Below are positions 53,580 through 64,000 of a stretch of 64,000 bases of DNA, piece by piece. A model generated the notes under the pieces. The model saw nothing but the letters and a program-made list of their open reading frames with translations, made no database searches and had not been told where the DNA came from. Origin of the DNA: Eledone cirrhosa (taxonomy: Eukaryota); NCBI GenBank assembly GCA_964016885.1, contig OZ024740.1, positions 181,660,001-181,724,000 of the forward strand. Reading direction: 5' to 3'. The first letter of the stretch is position 1; each line of letters begins with the position of its first letter. A program made the position numbers and the translations under genes.

Positions 53580-55550
53580 AGATATCTCCTGAACAATCAA
53601 CAAGGAAGCACTGCGTGAAACACTCTTTAGAAGTGCTGGAGAGAAAGAGAAAGAAAAATGAACCATGAGTCACTGATTACATCTTGGACCTATATGATTT
53701 AAGATGTGACTTAAGAAAGACCAAGCTAACAGATGAGAAGGCATGACAACAATACAATGCTGTAGATAGGAAAGCCAGGAGAAAAATGAAAGGATCCAAA
53801 GAGAAGTGGATATTTGACAAGTGCAAAAACATCAAAGCTGGAATAAAAAAGAGCAACAGCAAGGCCTCCAAATGCTAACAAAAAGAAAGCAATGCACCAC
53901 AACTGCCATTGAGGACAAAACTGACTTGCTCCTCACAGACAACGTCCATATCATCAAAAGATGGTCCAAGTATTTTGAAGACCTTTATAACCACAAACTC
54001 AGACATGACATCAACAACCTGGACAACTCCATTAATAAGAACAATGAAATTGTGGATACTCCAATCCTCCAGCAGGAAGTTGAAGATGCACTACACATGT
54101 TTAAATATGGTAATTTCCTGGAGTCAATACCATTCCATCACAGATGCTAAAAAAAGAAGCACTAAAACTTATCAAGACAACTATCGTTACCTGTCAGAAT
54201 ATATGGGAAACAAAGACATGGACCTAATCATTGATGATACCCATTTCCACAAAAAGAAAACTTAGAACTCTGCCAGAATTTCAGAACTATCAGTCTAATT
54301 AGCTACCCCAGCAAAGTACTGCTAAGAGTTATTTTAAACAGATTTAAGGGAAAGGCAGAAGAAATTCTGCCAGAAGAACAGACAGGATACAGCAGAGCGG
54401 ATACAGCAGAGCGGATATTTAACATCAGACTGCTCGCTGAAAACCACCTGCTGCAACATTCTGACCTCTATCATAACTTCATTAAATTTACAAAAGCCTT
54501 TGACCATGCTTGGCATGAGGGTTTGTGGAAGGTGATGAAGGATTACCACTTTGACATCAACCTCATTTAAATAATTAAAACACTATGTGACAACTGAAAC
54601 AGTGCAGTTCTGAATAACATCACTGAAGAATTCTTCAGGACAGCAATGGGAGTTTGAAAAGGGTGTCTCCTTTCTGAAGTGATTTTCAATATCATGCAAG
54701 AAACTCACCAACATTTTCACACCTCAGTTTCTATTGGAGGATGACTCATTTCTGACCTACAATTTGCTGATGACTTTGACCTGTTAGGAAGCAGTGAAGC
54801 AGAACAGGAGCTCACTTGGAAAAAAGTATCAGGAGTGAATGAAATGGAGATCAGCTCAGAAAAGAGCAAGATTCTGGTTAACAGCAATAATCAAATTACA
54901 ACAAGCACCATCATGCTAAATGGAGGAAGACTTGAAGCAGTGGACATCTTCAAGTACCAAAGATGCCGAATCTCAAAAGGAGGTACTGACAAGACCCACC
55001 CTGGCCACTTCTGCCATAGGAAAATTAAACGTCATGTTGAAAAGCAACTCCATCAGTTTTCCAACAAAGCTCACACAATACAATTCCTTGGTGACTTCGA
55101 TCCATTTGTATGGGTGTGAGAGTTCGACACTCATTGCTGACATGGAAAAACGAATTCAGTCATTTGAGCACAATTGCTTCAGAAAGATGATACCTGTCCC
55201 ATACATGGAGCACAAAACAAACAGCTTTGTCAGGCAGAAAGTTTACAAGTATGCTGGCAGACAGGAATCACTCCTTAAAATAGTGAAAAGATGGAAGCTT
55301 TACTGATATGGTTATATATCCTACCACAACTCCTTATCCAAAACCATCCTTCAGGGCACGTTTGAGTGAGGGGGAAGAAGATGCAGACAAAAATATCCTG
55401 GTCCAACAATATCAAAGCCTGGACTGGTCACAACATTGTGATCCTTCTATGCATGACAAAGAATAGAAGCCAATGGAGACAACAGACTGCAAAAGTAACT
55501 AGAGTGGTACCCCAATGACTGGCTTCACTTGTTGCAGGAAAATGATGATA
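53580..55550 (+). pseudogene. Decayed RTE (BovB-like) RT region
   Basis: CQNFRTISLISYPSKVLLRVILNRFKGKAEEILPEEQTG, FTKAFDH, QFADDFDL, LYGCES..RIQSFE. Confidence 0.87.
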
Positions 55551-55879
55551 ATATATACAAAAAAAATAGAGAGGTAAAAACACATCGATGAAGACGTGCA
55601 GTTTCGCCTGGTATCCAGCAAGCCTTTTCATAATGTCTCTCCTTTAACTATACATACTAAATACCATACTATAATTTTGTTTACTGTTCATCCTCATCAT
55701 ACATTTACTTTTCTATATTTAGAATTATCTTGTTGAGTATATTTTCAACTTCATTCATCTACTTCAATAGAAATCTTTGGATCACTTCTAATTTTCTCTA
55801 ATTTCTTAATTCTTGACTTATGTCTATTTCGATTATTTTAAGCCAATGCCACAAAACCCCTTTATCTTTCACCATTGCG

Positions 55880-56190
55880 AACATCGCGCCAAGGTTAACT
55901 TTTTGCCTTTCATCCTTACGGGGTCGATAAAATAAAGTACCATTAATGTACTGGGTATTTGCTGGCCTTGTGCCAAAAGTAGAAACAATTATTATCTCTT
56001 GGAAATAGGGTAGTGGATTGGCAGAATGCTTTGCAGCATAGAGTTATGGCCCTTTATGGTCTGAGTTCAAATCCTGCCAAGGTTAGCTTTACTTTCATCC
56101 TTATGGGGTCGATAAAATAAAGTACCAGTAATGCACTGGGATAATTGCTGGCCTTGTGCCAAAAGTAGAAACAATTATTATCTCTTGGAA
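55880..56190 (+). mobile_element. Two tandem SINE family A copies
   Basis: Core and tail repeated; both followed by attatctcttggaaa. Confidence 0.8.
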
Positions 56191-57038
56191 ACTATATTGA
56201 ATTGTTTTGTTGCTTGTCTGTTAAATGTATATGTTCTTAGTTCTTCTGAACATAATACAAACCTTAGATTCACCAGTTATTTGAAGAACTTTCAACAAAC
56301 AATTTTAAAATTTCAGAGCGAAATTATAACAACCAAGCCAATCACATTATTGCTCTATTTTTACATCTTACGAAAATATTTCATCTATATCATTCTCAAC
56401 GATGTTAATGGTAATTTTAGATTTTATTACATAAAATTAGGTCATTGCAGAGAAGATTTTGATTGAAATAAAATATTCTTCATGATTTCTATGACTGCAT
56501 CCTAATTATGTCTGGAAAAAATTGATTTTTCTTACTACCTATTTATCGAAATTAAGACACTGACAAATCCTGTACTAACACTTACTTGTTTTATGATATC
56601 TGAAATAGAAAGACAATTATTACAGAAGCAATAATATATTAAGTGGGCTCTGTATTATACTACTAACATCACACCAAAGATAACAAACTTTTATGGCAAT
56701 AAGCCAGTGAACATCAGTTGAACAGACTTTCCATTTCATTAAGATATCAAGAGAAATTGTATACATGTTATTGAACTGATGATCAGTGTTCTGTAGCAGA
56801 TATCATCATTTGACAGGTACATGACGACAGCAAATTAATTTCCTTTCAAAGTAGTTTTCTAACTTTGTTAATGTTTGATTTTGGTTTTCTAAGGATGCTT
56901 TATGTTTTTACATTTAAAATGTACTTAAAAACAAGTACAATGTTAACAGACAAAATGTTAAACTTTATCTGATTCTAATGGTTGAGATACTTTTCAGTCA
57001 CATATATCATACACACATGTACACAAACACACACACAC

Positions 57039-57166
<128 letters not shown>

Positions 57167-57466
57167 TTGTGTGTGAGAGTGTATGTAAATATGTGTGCAT
57201 GGTGTACAATGTATATCATACACACGATATACATTGGCAATCCATACATACATACATATATATAGGTGGATTCAGGTGATCTCAGTTAAAAAAGGTACTC
57301 AATCCGTTAGTAGAGAAGAGGTGCATTTATTCTATTTTAGGAATTACGTTTACAGGAATAGAATAGTTTCATTCAAAAGAAATCATCAAGAAAGGCCTGA
57401 TGATTTCTTAAGATGAAACATTTCTCCTCCTGTAGAAGTAAAATGTATATAATATATATATATGAC

Positions 57467-57845
57467 GGCGCATGGCTTAGTGGTTAGAGCATTGGGCTTG
57501 CAATCGAAAGGTTGTGAGTTCAATTCTCAGACCGGGTGATGTGTTGTTTCCTTGAGCAAGACACTTTATTTCATATTGCTCCAGTTTACTCAGCTGTAGA
57601 AATAAGATGATTGGACAGGGGTCCCTATCATTCCATTGCAAAGTGGTCGTGGAGGAGCCTAGGCAAAAAAAGCACCTAGCCCACACTGTAAAGTGGACAT
57701 GTAGGCGCCACAGAAAAAAGCACCCAGCACTCACTGTAAATGAGGTTGGTGTTAGGAAGGGCATCCAGCTCTAGAAATCAAGCCAGAATCAGTTCGCGTC
57801 CCGCCCTTGCAAGCAGGGAAAAGCGGACGTAAAATGATGATGATG

Positions 57846-57848
<3 letters not shown>
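57467..57848 (+). mobile_element. Composite SINE: family B tRNA head joined to RTE 3' UTR and tail
   Basis: A box tggcttagtgg, B box gagttcaattc; 57630-57790 matches the RTE 3' UTR at 26120-26280; (GAT)n tail. Confidence 0.78.
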
Positions 57849-57889
<41 letters not shown>

Positions 57890-57891
<2 letters not shown>

Positions 57892-59115
57892 AGTATGTAT
57901 ACGTACATACATATATGTATACAGAGGTACAGTAGTATGTATATAAATACATACATGCACACATATATATATGTACGTATGGGTTTACCGAACATTTATT
58001 ATAATGTTCGGTTTATGTGTAAACAAACAGCTGAATTAAGCCATACAGTGTTGGCAACCATCGTTGCCCTTTTGTTCAACACTGACAAAGGAACGGCTTA
58101 ATTCCGGCTGTTTGTTTACAAACAAATCGAACATTATAATAAATGTTCGGTAAACCCATACGTACATATATATATATGTGTGCATGTATGTATATATATA
58201 CATACTACTGTACGTCTGTATACATATATGTATGTACGTATACATACCTACATTTAAGTATCAGCCTTACTAAGAGTGAGAAATGAAATTTCGTTTCATT
58301 TTTTCCGTTTATCGTTTTCGGTACTCCGGCCGATTAACTTACTCGATATGCAAATTAGGCTGCTCAGCCGTTAATATGCATAAGGAAAGTATATTCTTTC
58401 AGACGTTCAACCATCTGGCAGGTAGGTATACGTTGCTGACGATAGCTAATAAGCTTGAAACTAGTACAGCGTTCCTTTGTCAGTTTTGAACAAACGAGCA
58501 ACGATGGCTGCTAGACACTGTACGGCTTAATTCGGGATGTTTGTTTACAAACACACCGAGCATTATAATAAATGTTCGGTGAATCCATACGTACATATAT
58601 ATATATATGTGTGCATGTATGTATATATATATATACATACTACTGTACGTCTGTATATATATATATGTATGTACGTATACATAATTATATTTAAGTAACA
58701 GCCGTACTAAGAGTGAGAAATGAAATTTCGTTTCATTTTTCCGTTTATCGTTTTCGGTGCCCCGGCCGATTAACTCACTCGATATGCAAATTAGGCTGCT
58801 CAGCCGTTAATATGCATAAGGAAAGTATATACTTTCAGACGTTCAAGCATCTGGCAGGAAGGTATACGTTGCTGACGATAGCTAATAAGCTTGAGACACG
58901 TTCCTTTGTCAGTGTTGAACAAATGAGCAACGATGGTTGCTAGACATTGTACGGCTTAATTCGGTATGTTTGTTTACAAACATACCGAGCATTAAAATAA
59001 ATGTTCGGTGAATCCATACGTACATATATATATGTGTGCATGTATGTATATATATATACATACTACTGTACGCCTGTATACATATATGTATGTACGTATA
59101 CATACTTATATTAAA
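57890..59115 (+). repeat. 436-bp hammerhead-containing tandem repeat (~2.3 units) with inverted leader (retrozyme-like)
   Basis: CTGACGA at 58436 and 58872 (period 436); 57890-58094 is an inverted partial unit. Confidence 0.87.
58430..58472 (+). ncRNA. Minimal type I hammerhead ribozyme motif
   Basis: acgttg CTGACGA t agct aata agct t GAAA ctag TA cagcgt: 6-bp stem I, palindromic stem III actagt, GUA site at 58466. Confidence 0.82.
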
Positions 59116-59244
59116 ATATGTTCATCAAAGCTATGACAACAACATCTATGTGAATGAAATACAGCAATATGGAACAATCTCAAATATGTCATACACGAAT
59201 GAAGACACATATCTGTGTGTGTGTATGTATATTTATATATATAT

Positions 59245-59708
59245 ATCATCATCATCATCATCATTTTACGTCCGCTTTTCCCTGCTTGCAAAGGTGGGAC
59301 GGGTCTTATTCAGCACAGCGTCTCTCCACTTGTCACGGTCCTTCGTCATCTCCAACGTGAGCTTCAGCGATCTGAGGTTTGTTCTCACCACCTCCGCCCA
59401 TGTTTTTCGTGGTCTACCTCTACCACGTCTTCGTTCAACTGGCATTTCCTGGCACTTCTTCACCCATCGATCACCCTCCATGCGCATCACATGTCCATAC
59501 CACCTCAGTCTCCTCTCTCACACACTACATTCTATCCCTCTCAGACAGTTTCTCTCTCAACACATTTATGCGGGGTCGTTCACGCACATTGACATTGCAC
59601 ATCCAACCGAGCATGCGTGCCTCATTTCTCTCCAGCCATCGCATATCCTTTGCAGTTGCTGCCCATGTCTCACTACCATACATAATCGCGCTCCTCACAC
59701 AGGCATCA
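59245..59708 (-). mobile_element. RTE LINE 3' fragment
   Basis: [15 protein letters not shown]...[14 protein letters not shown]; [13 protein letters not shown]; (GAT)n tail. Confidence 0.9.
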
Positions 59709-59710
59709 TA

Positions 59711-59832
<122 letters not shown>

Positions 59833-59839
59833 TATGATT

Positions 59840-61153
59840 AAAAGTTAAAACGGACAACAACAAAAATAACGAAGAGTGCAGTACAAAGTGTTAGTATTAG
59901 GTTCACACTTAAGAGTGGGGGGTGTGGTACGGCGTTTTGGGCATAAGCCCTTCATAAGGAGAAAAGTGGGAAAGAAAACAATTCCGAGGGTGTGAGGGGG
60001 TGGTGGAAAGATATTAAAGGGTGGTGAAGGGAAGGAAAAACATTTGAAAAGAGGGTAAAAAATTTAAAATGAAAGAAGTGGTGAAAGGGTGTGAGGTGTG
60101 TGTGTGGGGGGTGGATGTAGAGGATAGAGGGCAGAGGGTGACAGAGGGTCCAAGCAAGGAGGGCGGATGGTGGTGTGTGTGTATATGTGTAGGTGTATGT
60201 GTGTGTGTGTGGATGTGTGGATATGAGTGTGAGAGGTTGGGGAAGAACGAGGTTCCATGTTCGGGTAATAGGAAGACCAGTATGTAGATGGGGTGGGGTG
60301 TAAGTCAGTATGTGTGTGTGGATGGAGAGGTGGTGGGGAAGAGGGTGGGTGCAGGGTCTGGAGGCCGAGTATGTATATGTGAGGATACGCACATGTGTGT
60401 TGGTGTGGTGTGGATGTATGGTTGTGTGTGTGCGAAAATAGTGTAAGTGTTTGTGTGTGTTCCTGAATGTTTTCCCGTGGAGTCTAGGAAGAGATGGTGA
60501 GAAACCGAGTATAACAGGGTAGATGTCTGGAGCGGTGAGACCAGTGGTGTAGAATATGTGGAATGGTGCGGGGTAAGTAGAGAGTTGTGGGGTGAAAAAG
60601 AAAGTGCTCAAGAGGGTCAAGGCAAGGCGAAGAATGCGGGAGAGAGGAGATAGCAGTAGGAGGGCGACAGACAGGTAATGGCAGGGATGAAGGCAGTAAG
60701 GAGGAGGCAGACGGACGGGTGTTAGGGATGGTATGTATACATGTGTGGATTGTGTGTATGTGTGCGCGGAGGTGCGGTGGACAGGGAAAGGGATGGGTAT
60801 TTTTGAAAGGTTGAGGAACAGTGTGGCGGTGTAGTGGGGGTTTGTGTGTATATTAGTAGAGGCGTTAGTGGGATGTGTGTGTGGGGAGGGTTGTTGGTAC
60901 GGCGGGGGTAGAGAGAGAGAGAAGGTCCTTGGGACAGTATGAGTGAGTGTAATGTACTGGTGTGTGTGTGGTAAGGTGGGTGTTAGTATTATTAGTGGTG
61001 GGATAGTCGGATGTGGATGTATAATGGGGGTTAGTGGTGATAGAAGGGTGTGTGAATAGTGTGAGTGAGTGTATATATGTAATGGTGGGTGTGTGCATGT
61101 TGAGGGTGTGGGTGCGCAAGTGTTAGGGGGAGGTGGGTGGGCGTTAGTATTAT

Positions 61154-61160
<7 letters not shown>
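59840..61160 (-). repeat. GT-rich low-complexity block, probably the 3' region of a Penelope-like element
   Basis: Strong G/T skew; decayed HHR-like cttatga agggc ttat gccc aaaa cg at ~59928-59962 (minus). Confidence 0.45.
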
Positions 61161-61203
<43 letters not shown>

Positions 61204-61363
61204 AGGATATGCTCCGAAATCAATAGACGTGTCCAAGGAACCTGCGAGTCTAGAGTCAGGTAGATCCACACACGCATCGCACCTCGAGCTGTTCGCCGGG
61301 GAAACAATTGTAACACACAATAAATTGAGTGCTGATGCATCAGTGATTTTTCGTTTTCCAATC

Positions 61364-61388
<25 letters not shown>

Positions 61389-61394
<6 letters not shown>

Positions 61395-61580
61395 AAATGT
61401 TTAACCCCGACGGCAGAGCTCAAGCCGTTTCGACGGCTATTACTGGACTAGAAATAGCCGTCGAAACGGCTTCAGCTCTGCCGTCGGGTTCAAACATTTT
61501 CCTATTACCCACTCTACTATCCTAAGTATTGAGTACTCTGGTGAGCTATGGTCCATCTGATTCCTTACCACACCTCCTAC
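61389..61580 (+). repeat. Hairpin-plus-tail repeat family copy
   Basis: Palindrome 61389-61505 plus shared tail, in (TA)n. Confidence 0.8.
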
Positions 61581-61644
<64 letters not shown>

Positions 61645-61647
<3 letters not shown>

Positions 61648-62425
61648 GTTAGAATATGTGTAATAAGGCCAAGACAATGCAGGTATAGACATAGAAAAAA
61701 GAATGCAATAGTGAAAGATATTGATGTGAATTCGTCTTTCACCTTGAATTTATTTAGATGTCCTTAATTTTCGAGATAATATCTCTTTTTCGGAGGGAAG
61801 TAAAGGTCTCAAACCAGCGTCTTAAAATCTCTAATCAAGCCATGCTGACCGGAAATAGTATAGAGTATCTGTTCTAACTTTAATATCAAAGAATTAAAAT
61901 TAGGTGGATAAAGAGTAGTCTCCCTTTAAGAGGGGTTTGTTTATGTTTTGTTATTGTTTTTGTTTTGTTTTTTTTAATTGTATATGCGTGCCTGTATATG
62001 TGTGTGGGAGAATGCATGAAGGTGTAGGTATGTGGGTGTGTGTGTGTGAGTGTGGGAAGATAGGTCTAATCGTAAAAGTGGGGGGTAGGTGTTATCTGGT
62101 GTTAGAACTGGTTTTGTGTGGGTATGTGTGAGAGAGAATAAGTGGAGGTGTGCGCGTGCGTGTGTGTGGGGTGTGTAAAATGGGGCTAGAGGCCCTATCA
62201 GGTTATAAATTGGGTGTTGAGCTCTAGTCTATTATTGATTGGTGGATGTGTTCTATCTATAATAAGTGCTTCCTTAATTCTAAGATTGCCGAGGTTTCTT
62301 TCCTTAGTTTCTATCCTAACTGTTATGTTTTTATCGGTGTTTTTGCATTTAACTAGGTGTTTCTTAAATGAGGAAGCGTTAGTATTAAGGTGTTCTTTTA
62401 TTCTTATGTGGAGTGGTCTGGTGGT
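61645..62425 (-). mobile_element. Inverted Penelope-like 3' end (GIY-YIG C-terminus + terminal repeat) upstream of the RT
   Basis: Minus frame at ~62200-62410: HIRIKEHLNTNASSFKKHLVKCKNTDKNITVRIETKERNLGNLRIKEALIIDRTHPPINNRLE. Confidence 0.75.
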
Positions 62426-62521
62426 GTTTTTCGATTTGGGCTGCGGTCATGTCCGGGATCACTGTGTACAGTTCACTGTCACTTAGGTGTTCGAAGGCTA
62501 GGTTATTGTATGTGGCTTGAG

Positions 62522-64000
62522 AGACTAAAACATTCCGTATTTAACATCTTACGGAAACAGAAGAAGACGGCCCCTAACCTCTCCAGGACACAACAACTCG
62601 CCCTGAAGAACCTACGGAAGAAGGAACTTAGTTACATACCATCCGACAAAGGTAAAGAGTTCTGCGTCATCTCTCAAGCCACATACAATAACCTAGCCTT
62701 CGAACACCTAAGCGACAGTGAACTGTACACAGTGATCCCGGACATGACCGCAGCCCAAATCGAAAAACAGACCAACTCCATTTGGTTCGATATCTGTAGG
62801 AGAAGACAACTCCCGAATAAAATTAAACTCAACTACACCACTAGAAATAGCAGACTGCCCACTTTCTACCACCTCATCAAGACCCACAAGAATAGCACTA
62901 AGACGCATATAAGACCCATCGTCTCTAGCATAGAAGGACCCCTATACAAAATTTCCTGGCTTCTCTCCCAGGTCCTCAAGCCTCTACTCTCCACCTTCCC
63001 CGGACATGTCAGTAGCTCCGACGAAGTTATACGTAGATTACACCAACTCCAGCCAGAACAACTGAAACTAAATAAATACGCTTTTAGCCTCGACGTTGTC
63101 TCCCTCTACACTACAGTCCCCGCTCACCCAGCTGTCGATTTATTGACGGACTGCGTGGTCGCAGAGAACATCCACTGCTACGGCCTCCACCCGACGGACA
63201 TACACCAGGTTTTGTCCTTCACAGTAGACAACACGTACTTCACCTTCCACCACCACACATACAGACAGACAACAGGATTACCCATGGGATCCAGCCTCTC
63301 GGGTCTGCTGGCCATCACTTACATGAACCAGCTAGAATGCCGAGCCCTCAACACCTGCCATTCCCATGCCTTCTTCACCCGATATGTAGATGACATACTC
63401 ATCCTTACATCATCCCGTGAGGAGGCAGAGAAAATATACACAACATTCTCCAGCATGGACGCCAGTATAAAGTTCAGCATGGAACACCCCGATGACCGCG
63501 GATCCCTATCCCTGCTGGACTTCCAACTCAGAGTAACAGAGGAAGGCAACATCCACACCTGCTTCTATAAAAAATCCGCCAGCAGGGACCTGTTCGTACA
63601 TTTCAGATCGGCCCTCCCACTCGGTGCCAAGTTCGGATACATAAAGAACGAACTGGCACGTATCAAGAACAAATGCACCGACGCCAGAGACCGAGACACA
63701 CACACCACACATTTCCTGGAAGTACTCAAACTGAACGGATACACGACATCCACCACAAACCGTGCCAGAAAGAACAGAGGACACCACACCCGAGGCACTA
63801 ACACTTGCTTCCTGAAGCTCCCACACTTCAGTGAAGAAACAACAACAGCCATCCGCAGAGCCATCAGACGAGAGGGTCTGGATATTCAACTGGCCCACTC
63901 GGGTCCTTCTTTGCGCGGACGGCTGGCTAAGAGACACTCCAGCAGACATGACAACTGCTGCAGACTAGCCAACTGCCCCATCAACGACACAGACCTATGC
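62522..64000 (+). CDS. Penelope-like element reverse transcriptase; 5'-truncated, open to the window end
   Basis: Manual translation gives ~493 codons with no stop seen: PSDKG, FYHLIKTHK, IRPIVS, SLDVVSLYT, GLPMGSSLS, RYVDD, IKFSME, LLDF, then a Cys linker (CCRLANCPINDTDLC). Absent from the ORF track, probably because it has no stop within the window. Confidence 0.92.

Noticed and set aside
59952-61361. 469-aa Pro/His/Thr-rich minus-strand ORF
   Set aside because: Open only because the CA-rich strand lacks stops; spans a (TA)n tract and has no domain motifs.
61760-61800. Minus-strand ccgaaaa a gagat att atctc GAAA motif in PLE terminal region
   Set aside because: Core has two or more substitutions; position is plausible but support is insufficient.

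Overview
This is AT-rich, microsatellite-dense eukaryotic DNA, made almost entirely of transposable elements and their debris. The repeat content (RTE LINEs with (GAT)n tails, tRNA-derived SINEs with the 'gcctttcatcc..ggggtcgataaa' core, many (TA)n tracts) suggests a coleoid cephalopod such as Octopus; that is an inference. I found no host protein-coding gene I can support, and most short ORFs in the track are (TA)n/(CA)n artefacts. Solid features: one intact RTE-clade LINE (6702-9836, APE+RT), an uninterrupted Penelope-like RT frame running off the right edge, a decayed Penelope-like GIY-YIG element, an internally deleted mariner, a decayed hAT transposon, a non-autonomous Helitron, and many RTE and SINE fragments. 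The most striking signal is not in the ORF track. I read more than a dozen type I hammerhead ribozyme (HHR) motifs by eye, from several unrelated non-coding families. They occur as (i) tandem repeats of ~318 and ~436 bp with one HHR per unit (retrozyme-like) and (ii) head-to-head fold-back palindromes with an outward-facing HHR in each arm. A hotspot at 3.5-6.3 kb includes a chimera joined exactly at the CUGA core. All RNA structures are manual predictions and untested.
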